NCBI GenBank assembly: GCA_051453625.1 | Contig: JBOZIK010000001.1 | Span: 4,280,320-4,315,547, forward strand | From: Welwitschia mirabilis | Lineage: Eukaryota | Direction: 5' to 3' | Length of the DNA: 35,228 bases | Shown here: positions 22,939 to 34,849 of the stretch, piece by piece | Numbering within the stretch: position 1 is the stretch's first letter | Layout: each line of letters begins with the position of its first letter | The notes under the pieces: generated by a model | Told to the model about the DNA's origin: nothing | The model's input: the letters and a program-made list of their open reading frames with translations, nothing else | The model's database searches: none | Translations under genes and position numbers: made by a program

Positions 22939-24590
22939 CTCTCTCCCTCTTCCTCCTTTCCCCTCCTTCCTTGTCTCTTCTCTTCTATTCTCTTCTCCTT
23001 CTTTCTCTTCCTTTTTTTCCTATTTTAAAAGCAACATAAGTGGATGGGAAAGGTATGGGAAAATGACATAAGTGATTTGAGATGATAATATGTAAAGAAA
23101 GAGAAGTAGTTATAAATGTAAAAAATGGAAAATGTAAAAGATAACTGACATTTAATCATAATTATAAAAATGGATAAGAAAGGATTAAGATATAGGAGAG
23201 GGGTAAATAAAGAAAAAGAGGCAGTAGGTGATGGTATTAAGAGATAGATCATCATAGTATTTCAAGGTGGCAAAGGGCGTGGTAAAAGGGAGGGCTTCCA
23301 AAACATAACAAGCTAACTAGAAAGTGGGATTAGTCTCAAGTAGATAAGAGTAAATGCAATAATGACTTTAAGGTAATTAATCATAAATACAAGAAAAGAT
23401 TAGATGGAGATGGACAAACATGACATGAAGAAGATTTATTTTCACATATCTAAATGCCAACCTAACAAAGTCCATTGGTATGGATCATAATGCTATTTGA
23501 TGTCATTAACACATGGTTTGATGCTAAATAACATAAAGGATTATGTGATTAAGGTAGTAATTGTGATAATGCTTATGGTTTTCCTAAAAAGTATTAGTAT
23601 AGTTTATAAACTATAACTTAGTCCAATCATTAGCTATGATAAGAAGTGAGATTTTACTAACTTACCATCCAATGACTAATATGTTCTAAAAGCTCATGAA
23701 GTCATAGCTTCAGAGCTATGGGAAAATCAAGCTAATGGGGTATTTAAAAAACACTATCCATCATAATGAGGGGAGTGCAACCACTGCCAAGAGTGTAAGG
23801 ATCCACAAGCTAAAACTAGATCGTAACCAACTGACATCCTAGTGAAGTTTACATAGCTACTGTATTTCACTGCCAAAGGCCTCTTTCAAGAATATTTCCC
23901 CTAATGTGCTTATGATAAAACATCATGATGCTTTTTTTTTCCTTTTTCGTTTTTTTGATCAATTGGCTTGAATTCTCTTTCCTCCCCTAAACATTGCTTG
24001 ATCATTAGAATGATAAATTGTAAAGCTCACAGCTAAAGGTAAGTGTCATATTTGACATAGTTAATGCTAATACAGAATAATTTAAAACACTGGATGTCAT
24101 AGACATGAAAATGTCTTAAGATTAGATGATTTCAATCTTACCATCATAAATGCTAAAAAAATGAGAAAACTACTTTAATAAAACTTGAATGCAATTTAAC
24201 ACAAGATCAAATGAATTGACAATTGAACAAAGAAACAACCTTAAACAAGAAATCATGCTAAGAAGTCATTTATCTAAAGATGAAGGGAAATCACATCTCT
24301 TAATTAAGATGATATTTCTACTCAATTGTTTCTATTATGGTAATAGAATATTAGTTATCAACTAACATAGTCTCAATTACTATCCATTAACCCTAAGTTT
24401 TTCATAGCATCTAAATTAAGAATATCAATAAATTTATCCAAAATGCACTTTTTTATAAGATAAAGACTTAGCCACTTAGAAGTGAACTCACTAAAGAGGT
24501 ATTCAAAGGCTATGAAATAAAAGGATATAGATGTTTTTCTCTATTTGGATTTTTTCCTTTTTTTCCAAAAAATAAGATGAAAATGATAAT

Positions 24591-25060
24591 TTAGGAGATG
24601 TGACATGGGTATGACGAATAGGATGATATGGTAGGTATGAATAAAATGAAGTAAACAACGTAGTGATAATGGACGGAGGATGTGATAAGATGCATAGCAG
24701 GGGAAATATGTACCCACTAATGTCTAGTGGGGAAATCATGGTAATACATGAGTAAGTAAAATAGGAATACTTGTGAAAGGTATGAATTATGATTAATGAA
24801 GAATTAGATGTGTCATAGCATGAATCGATATGATATATGTCATCATCATTATCTTATATAGGTGAAGCCTCATGGAGTGGAATGTCAATCATAGCATAGT
24901 CTGATACTTCAACTCATTCATATTTCACCCAAAGGTAAGCAGCATGTGCCCTTCGATAAAAAGAAGGAAAAACCAAATGAAGATCATCAGCCATAGTCTA
25001 GAATTTAAATATGGAAACCAAAATGTGGAATTTGTGTAATGCATGAAAAAGGCCTATGTT
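24591..25060 (-). pseudogene. Extra ORF homologue, Tat copy 2a
   Basis: DYAMIDIPLHEASPI*DNDDDIYHIDSCYDT...IIHTF/QVFLFYLLMYYHDFPTRH*WVHISPAMHL, with one frameshift and scattered stops. Confidence 0.55.
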
Positions 25061-26195
25061 ATAATTTCGATAGGTTGATCATCAAGGTTGAATGCAAAGG
25101 TGTGTTCAATTGACTCCTCATTGTGTTGTCCTAATTAAGGTGTGTTTAAATAAGGGTTTTTAATTTTCTGAATTTTTTTCTTTTTTAAGATAAGTTTAAT
25201 TCATTAACTAATTGGAAAGTCATCTAAAAGAAATGAAATCCATCTCACATCTAATATTTAAGTGTCAGAAATGAGTAAAACCTTCATCTTATGAGGGTCT
25301 ACTAGATCATGTTCAAATGTAAGAAANNNNNNNNNNNNNNNNNNNNNNNNNNNNNNNNNNNNNNNNNNNNNNNNNNNNNNNNNNNNNNNNNNNNNNNNNN
25401 NNNNNNNNNNNNNNNNNNNNNNNNNNTCTTCTTTTTTCCCTCTTTTTTTTAACCAGTTGGCTTGGATTTTTTTTTTTTTTTTGGGACATCACTTGATCAT
25501 TAGAGTAGTAAACTGTGAAGCTCACAACTCAATATAAGCATCGAATTTAACACAATTAATTCTAATATAGAATAATTTAAAACACTAGAGGTCATAGACA
25601 TGGGAATGTCTTAAGATTTGGTGAAATCCAATCTTACCATCATAAATGCCCATAAGTAGAAAATTACTTTGATGAAACTTGAATATGATTTAACACAAAA
25701 CCAAACAAATAGACAATTGAATAAAGGAATGACCTTAATCAAGAAACTATGCTAAGAAGTCATTTAGCTAAAGATGAAGTAAAATCACATATCTTAATTG
25801 AGATGATCTTCCTACTCAATTGCTTCTATCATGCTAATATCATATCAGTTATCAACTGACATAGTCTTGACTATTATCTATTAACCCTAAGTTTTTCATA
25901 GCATCTCAATTAAAAACCTTAATAGAGTTATTTAAAATATAGTTTTCTATAAGATAAATACTTAGCCACTTAGAAGTTAATTTGTTATAAAGAGGTATTT
26001 AAAAGGTTATGCAATAAAAAAAGTAGATAATAATTTTTTTTTTTATTTTCATTTTTTAGCTTTGATCTTTTTCATTTTTTTAATTCTTCTTTTTCTTTTC
26101 ATTTCTTTTTTTTTTTTTTAAGAAAAAAAGAAGAAAATAAGATCTTAGGAGACGTGACATGGGTATGGCAAAAAGTATGACATGATGGATATGAA

Positions 26196-26615
26196 TTAAA
26201 TTGGGTAAATGAGGTAAAGATAATGTATGAAGAATATGGTGAGATGTATGGCTGGGGGAATATATACCCACTACTGTCTAGTTGGACGATGATGGAAATA
26301 TATGAGTAAGTAGAATAAGAAGACTCAAGAAAGGGTATGAATCATGGTCAAGGAAGGATCAGGTGTGTCATAACATCGATAAATGCAATATATATCATCA
26401 TTATCATATTCCATGAGTGGAGCCTTGTAAAATGGAATATCAATCATAGCAAAGTTTGATGCTTTACCTTGTTCACATTGTACTTAAAGGAAAGTAGTAT
26501 ATATCCTTTAATAAAAAGGAGGAAAGACTAGAGGAATATATCAACCATAGTATAAACTTCAAATATAGAAACCAAACTGTGCAATTTGTGTAATGCATTA
26601 AAAAGGCCTATGTTA
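26196..26615 (-). pseudogene. Extra ORF homologue, Tat copy 2b
   Basis: NFAMIDIPFYKAPLMEYDNDDIYCIYRCYDTPDPSLTMIHTLS*VFLFYLLIYFHHRPTRQ*WVYIPPAIHL. Confidence 0.6.
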
Positions 26616-26759
26616 TACTACACGAACTCTGATGTAAATATAATAAGAAACTGTGTAAATTCACTAATAAAAATATAGAAATAACTAAATTATAATATGA
26701 AATAAAAATAACATGTGTTTTAAACTTTATTTCACTAATAATAAGGTTAAAGGAGGTTA

Positions 26760-29700
26760 AAGGTATAGGACATTTATTGGTTCACTTTCTTAAACACCAT
26801 TTAGACTCCTTAGTTTGTATGTTACCTTATCAAATTTCCACAAGATAATGAATGGTCTTAACTAATTTGGTAAAAACTTTAAACTCCTTTCAGTTAAGTT
26901 TAATTTTAACACTAAGTTGCCTATGTCATAAGATCTTGGGTTCACATACTTATTGTATGCATTATCGATTCACTTCTGGTAAAGCTGGGTTTGTATTAAG
27001 GATTTTACTTACTTTTCATCTATAGTTTCAATTTCTATAAGTCACATTTTATTTTTTATAATAGATAACTCTAGTTCCTTAACTAGAGTTTTTAATGTAA
27101 AAATCTAAATTTGAGTTGGCAATACTGCTTTAGTACCATAAACTAATTGATATGATGTTATCTCTATAGCAATTTTTATATAGTACAGTAAACCCATAAT
27201 GTTAAAGGTAGTTTTTCATGCCATGATTCTGTATTTCATTATAAAAACTTCTTAAGATAATTTATGATTAATTTATTTATAGCTTCCACTTATCCATTTT
27301 TTTGAGGGTAACATGGAATTAAAAAGGTATCTTTTATCCTAAATTTTCTTAAGAAATTCCTCAATTTTGATGATCTAAATTGTGGATCATTATTAATGAN
27401 NNNNNNNNNNNNNNNNNNNNNNNNNNNNNNNNNNNNNNNNNNNNNNNNNNNNNNNNNNNNNNNNNNNNNNNNNNNNNNNNNNNNNNNNNNNNNNNNNNNN
27501 NNNNNNNNNNNNNNNNNNNNNNNNNNNNNNNNNNNNNNNNNNNNNNNNNNNNNNNNNNNNNNNNNNNNNNNNNNNNNNNNNNNNNNNNNNNNNNNNNNNN
27601 NNNNNNNNNNNNNNNNNNNNNNNNNNNNNNNNNNNNNNNNNNNNNNNNNNNNNNNNNNNNNNNNNNNNNNNNNNNNNNNNNNNNNNNNNNNNNNNNNNNN
27701 NNNNNNNNNNNNNNNNNNNNNNNNNNNNNNNNNNNNNNNNNNNNNNNNNNNNNNNNNNNNNNNNNNNNNNNNNNNNNNNNNNNNNNNNNNNNNNNNNNNN
27801 NNNNNNNNNNNNNNNNNNNNNNNNNNNNNNNNNNNNNNNNNNNNNNNNNNNNNNNNNNNNNNNNNNNNNNNNNNNNNNNNNNNNNNNNNNNNNNNNNNNN
27901 NNNNNNNNNNNNNNNNNNNNNNNNNNNNNNNNNNNNNNNNNNNNNNNNNNNNNNNNNNNNNNNNNNNNNNNNNNNNNNNNNNNNNNNNNNNNNNNNNNNN
28001 NNNNNNNNNNNNNNNNNNNNNNNNNNNNNNNNNNNNNNNNNNNNNNNNNNNNNNNNNNNNNNNNNNNNNNNNNNNNNNNNNNNNNNNNNNNNNNNNNNNN
28101 NNNNNNNNNNNNNNNNNNNNNNNNNNNNNNNNNNNNNNNNNNNNNNNNNNNNNNNNNNNNNNNNNNNNNNNNNNTTCTTAAGAAATTCCTCAATTTTAAT
28201 GATCTAAATTGTGGACCATTATTAATGAAAATGATATAAGGTGTGTTAAATCTAGCAATGATGTGATTAAGAATAAAATTTTAAATTTACTTTAATGTTG
28301 TTTACCATAATGGAGCTGCTTTAATCCATTTAGAAAAGTATTTTGTTATAGTGAGGATGAATGCATTATTCCAATGAGGTAGATGTAATAGGATTAATTA
28401 AATCCATGCCTCATTTTCTAAAAATCCAAATTAGATCAAAAGAAAAAATATTAGTAGGTAGTTAATGTATTCTTAGTAAAATTATCTGATAAGTATGACA
28501 TGTTTTGACTATCTTAAAACAATCATCGTTATTTTCCAAAAATATATAGACCTTATTACATGATCTAATAATGATCTTGCCCCCTGATGGGATCCACATA
28601 TCCAGCATGGATCTCTTTTAAGACATGAGTGACTTCGCTTGACTTTAGACATCTCAATAGAATACCTTTGTTTAACTTCTATAATGAGCCTTGAATTAAG
28701 ATAAAATGTATTGCTAGAGCCTTAGAGTTTCACTTCTGTAATGAAGAGAGATCTTTAAGAATCTTTTGATTAGCGAAACATACCACTTATCATTTACTTC
28801 AGAATATTATATCAATTAACTTATCTTATTTTATGATAACTCTAGATAAGCAGTCATCTGATGTTTATCAAGGAAATTTTGACTAATGTCCATGCATGTG
28901 ATATTCTTTTTTAAGGGATGAATCTCTAAAACACATTTGTGTGAAGTTTGTAAGGTAATTTTTAAATTGATTTTGATTTCTTGAAATAGCTAGAATTTCA
29001 CATACCTTAAATAATGCAAGAAGTTTTTTTACTTTTCTAAGGTATGCATCTAGGATTCCTGATTTAGCCTCATACTTACCTAAGACTTGATTGATGACTA
29101 ATTATGTGTCATTAAAAATGTGTAATTTTTTGAAATCTACTTGAATAGATAGCATGATTCCTCTTGTTAAATACTCATGTTTAAAAATGTTATTTATGTA
29201 ATAAAAATTTATTTTAAAAGAGAATAATAAGCTAGTTTTATTATTGAGAAAGAAGACTACTCCTACAAATCCATCATTTCAATAGGATGTGTTATCAAAA
29301 AAATATTAATGCATTGCAATTATTTTTCATTTTGAAAATATGAATTTCTTCATTGAGGAATCGTTTAGATTCACTTAAGGTTTCACCTTTAGCTTCTATT
29401 GGTAGATCTGTCATTTATTTAGCTATGTACTTTCCCTCGACCAATTTTTGAGATTGAAATTCTAAGTTGAATTTAGTCAGAATAGATGCTCACTTTACTA
29501 AACATGTGCTACCAATAGAGTATTCAAGTATATATTTGAGAAAATTTTAATTATTAATCATAATTCCTTTATTTATCATCATATAACTATAAAACTTTTA
29601 TAAAGAAAAAACTAAACTCAAACATGACTTTTCTGCTTCAGTGTAATTTTTCTCATATTGATGTAGTGTCCTACTAATGTAATAAATTGGTGATCTCAGT

Positions 29701-31085
29701 GTAATTCATTATATTAAAATATCATTACACTGATTAATCATAATGTATATGTCAAGTAAAGGTAGAATGATTGATCAGGCTTAGGTGAACTTAGAAGAGG
29801 AGTGAATCTCAAATATTCCTTAATTCTATTAAAAGCCTTTTAATAATTTTTATCTCACTTGAATTAGTTGTATTTCTTGAGTAAATGCATAAATGGTTTA
29901 CACCAATCTATTAAAGTTGAAATGAACTAACGTATTACTTGTAGTCTACCTTGGAGACTACATAACTATTTTAACTTACATGATGATGGCATATTGGTAA
30001 TTGCCTTGATCTTATCGAGATCAATTTCTATGCCTTATTTCAATATCATGAATCATAAAAGTTTTTTTTGATGGCATATTAAATACACATTTCTTTGGAT
30101 TTAGGACCAAATTATATCTTTTTACTTATGTAAACAATTAATTTAAGTCATTACAATGATTGGCAATTATCCTTGACTTGACTACAACATCATCGACGTA
30201 GTCTTTCAAGTGTGGTGAATTATGCTATGAAAGATATGTGTCATTACATACTAGTAGGTTAAACTAGCATTCTTTAATTCAAAAGGCATCATGACATAAA
30301 AGAAGAAATCCCATGGCATTATAAAAGTTATTTTATGCTGATCTTTAGGATTAAAAAATATCTAATTGTAACCTGAGTAATTGTCCATGAATGATAAAAG
30401 GTCATAACCAGTAGTGTTATCTACTAGTATATTGATGTTTGTTAAAGGATAATCATTTTTTAAGTTAACCTTATTTACATCACAATAATCAATATAAATC
30501 CTGATTTAACCATTATTCTTTAGAAAGAATACTATATTTGACAGCTAATGTAAACCATTTACTAGTATGATAAAATGAGTAATTAAAAGACACTTGAGAT
30601 ATTATTTTACTACTAATGCAAGGTGAGGGTTCAGCTTTTTAACCTTTTATTTCATAGGGATTGATTTTATCTTTAAAATGATGTTATGCATAACTATTGA
30701 TTTATCAATTTCCAACATATCTTTGTAATGACAAGTAAAGATGTTCTTATTAGAAGATAGCATATTTTTTAGCTTAGATTTGGTCTATTGCAGTAGTTGT
30801 TCATTGATATTGAGAGATTTTTTTTGACTAATGGGGTTCATGAGGAAGTTGTATGTTGTGATATCCTATTGTTTTACTAGAGATGATTTTACATTTTGTG
30901 ACTTTAATGATTTATATACCTTAACGTTTTCACTAATTTGTTCTTGATTTAAGAAGATATAAGATTTTTCCTAAGAAATAACTATAATTAAAATCTACAA
31001 TATTAAGATCAACATATATTTTGACAAGTTAGCCATTAAGGGTGAAATGTAGGGGTGTGTTCAATTAACTGCTTATTATAATGTC
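26760..31085 (-). pseudogene. pol: Decayed Tat pol (RT-RH-aRH-INT), copy 2b
   Basis: LKDYVDDVVVKSR with an intact YVDD (~30171-30209), SFMDNYSGYN (~30365-30395), YKDMLEIDKSIVMHN (~30687-30730), aRH IFFDNTS...GFVGVVF (~29250-29310) and C-terminal EPINV (~26770). Confidence 0.9.
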
Positions 31086-31568
31086 CTACAAGCCAAGAAA
31101 TTGATATAAGAATAACAATAATGAGAGATAAACTAAAAGAAAACATCAAGAAAAATTATGCTTCACTCTTTCATTTTTTTTAAGTTTTAAAACATTATGC
31201 TTTGCAAATATTCATGAGTAATGTGATAGGCTGAGGATTTTGCTTAGCCACTAAGACTTTGCTTGAATGCATGAAATCATTTTGTGTAAGATAATTTGAC
31301 TATTAAAGACTTTGTCCTTTGTGTTTCAATTAGATAAATGAACTAGAATCCTTTTTTTTGTCTATTTTTTATCTTTTTTTTGTTTGTTCTTTATTTCATT
31401 GTTTTTTTGTCATGTATTTTGTTCCTTTTTTTTATGTACATGTTTTTTATTTTTAATTGTATTTTCCCCCTTTTTTTGTATTTAAACAGGGTTTTTTTTT
31501 AGAATTTTAAATCATGAGCTAATTGGAAACTCATCTAAGAGGAATTGAATTCATCCTATGTCTAAGAT

Positions 31569-32665
31569 TTAAGTGTCAGAAATGGGTGAGACCTTCATCT
31601 TATAAAGGTCCACCGAATCATGTTCAAAATGTAAAAAAGAAATAGTCATCTTCTCAGATGTAGGAAGAGGTGATGGATAAGGTGACATTAATGATGCTTT
31701 TACATTTTCCATAATATGATTTCTTTCTAATGGCACTAAAATTTTAGATCCCTTAAATTTTATCTTTTGATGGAGTAGAGATATGATTGCCCTCATGTCC
31801 ATTATCGAAGCATGTCCCAGTAATAAATTAAATGCTATTGCATTGTTTCTTATGTGGAATTCACTGTCATTGACCTTTTAAGCCACTTCAAGAGGAAACG
31901 TAATTGTCTCTTTTTGATTTATCCTTATGGTCATTGAATCGTCTAATTAGCACACTTTTCTTTACATGAAAAAGATGGTCCATTTTGAGCTTTTCAAGGC
32001 ATGATGTACCTATCACATTTAGTTTGACTCCACAATTAATAAAAGCTCTACTTAATTTTTTAGACCTAATGTTTATAGATATGTAAGGTGGCTCAGTAAT
32101 GATCATCTTCTTGAGGGTTATAAAAATCTCATGGTGTAAGAATTGAATTATTTCCTCATCTTCATCACTCTCTTGAGCATGCACCTGCTTTGAGGTGGCT
32201 CCTGCTTTATGTGGTTGATTTTGATCAAGAGATGATTTCAATCTCAAACTCTCCTTTCATATCATTTCAAATGCAAGTCTACAAGACCTAGATATCTTAA
32301 TTAGCAAGGTCAAATAATGACACACCTCCTCTACTTTAGAGGCAAGTGACAAAATTGATGTATTTGATCGAGGTGTAGGATGAGCTTAAGAATATTATGC
32401 TTGAATAATTACTTCTAATTTTTCCTTTTTCTCCTAGATAACTTATTCTAATGGTTTCTAAGGTTGATCTTGAATTACTGGAATTGCATATGAACTATTG
32501 TTATTTTAAAATGTTTCATTCAGTAATGGTTGCAATGTAGGAGGTTGAGTAAGAAAGGGGTTCTTATAAATCTTAAATTGTTCATTTGCAACTACTAAGA
32601 TAATGTTAAATTTTATGTCCTTTTTGTTTTTAATAATTTCTTGAATAATTTATCTTAAATTAAAA
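31569..32665 (-). pseudogene. gag: Decayed gag C-terminus and protease, copy 2b
   Basis: ORF 31888..32247 (PPYISINIRSKKLSRAFINCGVKLNVI) and ORF 31569..31802 (AIISLLHQKIKF...KMKVSPISDT*). FNLR*IIQEII directly abuts the insertion at 32666. Confidence 0.85.
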
Positions 32666-33930
32666 TGATAGGATTGAGAACCCTATAGGGGGAATAAATA
32701 GGTTCTTAAAAAATAAAATATAGTATTCTAAATGAATCCAATATTAAACAAAAACTTTCACACATTAATTAGCTAATCCAAAAATGTGCATCAAAAAGGA
32801 AATTAATAGAAGTAAAGAAATAATAACTAAAATCACAAAATTACTAAAGAGAAGCACATAGGAGTTGTAGTGATTTGGGAAGCCCCCTACTCACTCTCAA
32901 GGATCAGCTTACCCCCAAGCTAGATCTGAATCTTCGTTACTATACCAAGTATTTCAATTTCACCTATAACCTTTACAAATAAACTTTTTCAAGCTTAGTC
33001 TTAACCTTTGATTAGACTTTTTAAGTCTTAATATCAATCTTTCATAATACAAAGTACTGATGTAATGATGTCAAATATGCATTAGATATCACTCGTTCTT
33101 GATGCAGTGGATTTAATGGAGCTCTTCTCCTGTAGATGTAAAATGAATAAAGAATAGGATCTAACTTTGAATGTAGATATCATATAGATGCTAGATATTC
33201 CCTAATCAAAAGCACAGATGTTAAGATATAATTGTGAATATCACAAGATCACAGTACTCGTTCCTTGGATCCAACAAATTAACGCACTTGAAAATGTTTT
33301 AAAAAGATTCTATAGTTATCTCTATCTTAGCTAATTATATTGGAAGGCTTTTATGGTTTATTACATTTGAAATCACTTCTAATGGCTATAAATGGCTAGA
33401 AAATGGCTATGTAATGGCTAAATACTAGTTACATAACAACTATAAAATTTTAATTCCATTATATACAATTGACCCCTCAAAGGTTCCATCAACCCCATTT
33501 AGTGTCCTGACTTACATAGGTCACTCAAGTGAAAATTTTAATCACCCCAATTTCTTATGGCTTAATGTTCGGTCAATTCCATATGATTCCAGTTGACCCC
33601 ATTCTAGTCGTCCATAATAAAATCCAGTTTCCTACTTGCCCTAATGAAATTCTTTCCAGTTTTTAGTATCAGGTTTAGTTGATACATCATAGATCTGATA
33701 GACCCCTTGAAAATTAGTTTAGGAGTATTTTTCCTTAGTTTATAGATCCAGTCAACCCCATCATATATCTGGTTAACCCCTTGTCAGTTAGTCTAGGAAT
33801 ACTATTTATCAAATCCTTAAATGCGGTCAACCTCTTGCCATGCGGTTTAGGGACACTGATTCTCAATGTTATAGTTCTGATCAACCCCATCAGAAATCTA
33901 GTTAACCCCTTTAGATGCATTTCATTTTAT
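32666..33930 (-). repeat. 3' LTR of SIRE-like element 2 (its start is probably inside the gap 33931-34169)
   Basis: Terminal motif as above, AATGGCTA x4 at 33381-33420 and a repeated gtcaacccc/gttgacccc/gttaacccc motif at 33465-33910. Confidence 0.7.
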
Positions 33931-34849
33931 NNNNNNNNNNNNNNNNNNNNNNNNNNNNNNNNNNNNNNNNNNNNNNNNNNNNNNNNNNNNNNNNNNNNNN
34001 NNNNNNNNNNNNNNNNNNNNNNNNNNNNNNNNNNNNNNNNNNNNNNNNNNNNNNNNNNNNNNNNNNNNNNNNNNNNNNNNNNNNNNNNNNNNNNNNNNNN
34101 NNNNNNNNNNNNNNNNNNNNNNNNNNNNNNNNNNNNNNNNNNNNNNNNNNNNNNNNNNNNNNNNNNNNNTACTTAGTTGTAAAAATTTAGAACTTAGAAA
34201 AGCTCCCCCTTATAAAAAGTCTATTACAAAATATTATAACTTTTGAAAGAAGTTAAGACATTTTGAATAATTAAATTTTATTCTTGAAATGAAACAAATT
34301 TAATATGCACTTTAAAATGTTAAGGACACAACTTTATGAAAATCATAATGTAATCATCTAAATCATTTAACACTTTAATCAGATATCATATATTATAATT
34401 TATTTCCATCATTAGAAGACTTCAAACTTTTTAAGTTAAGCACATATGATACCAATAGAAAAATATGTTAAGCATATATAATTTTCATAAGCATAAAGAT
34501 ATTTGATATATCAATTGAAAATAATTGAGTGCATAATAAAAAAGTACATGTAGATTTCATAAGCGTAAAAAAAACATTCAACAAAATAAACAACTAATTC
34601 TTTCTCTTTTGACATTAATGATAAAAGAGAAAATAAAAGTTTACAGATAAAACAAAATTAGATAATAGAATGAATAGATAAAGGCAAGGATTAAAAAAAG
34701 AAAAATTCCATTCTACACCATTGGCTTTTACTGGGATACCTATAGAACCTAAAGCGTCTTGGCGACTGAGTTTTTAAACTGGTCAACTGACCTCATTTGA
34801 TCAATCGAATCAAGAATCTAATCAACCATCCTACAATCAATCATAAGAT

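Larger units (their letters stand above)
21251..25326 (-). mobile_element. Internally deleted Tat derivative (copy 2a): 3' LTR, 3' UTR, extra ORF and PR tail, lacking RT/RH/aRH/INT
   Basis: The PPT region at 22815-22860 is homologous to 11274-11320. 23320-24510 matches 11460-12670. 24580-25063 matches 26130-26617. The sequence then jumps to matches with 31020-31088 and 31475-31635. Confidence 0.75.
25427..32665 (-). mobile_element. Tat-clade (Ogre-like) element, copy 2b: 3' UTR, extra ORF, INT, aRH, RH, RT, spacer, PR and gag C-terminus; interrupted at 32666
   Basis: Collinear with copy 1 (12110-18750). The 3' LTR is not seen because of the gap at 25327-25426. Confidence 0.9.

Noticed and set aside
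22194..23255. Hydrophobic ORFs 22258..22632, 22843..23028 and 23025..23255 resembling membrane proteins
   Set aside because: They are translations of T/C-rich low-complexity DNA and the (CT)n microsatellite, with no homologous frame in the related copy.
25131..25145. Copy 2a as a precisely spliced (intron-less) retrocopy
   Set aside because: The acceptor AG and part of the spacer after the PR stop are retained, and there is no GT donor at the upstream breakpoint. It looks like a deletion, not splicing.
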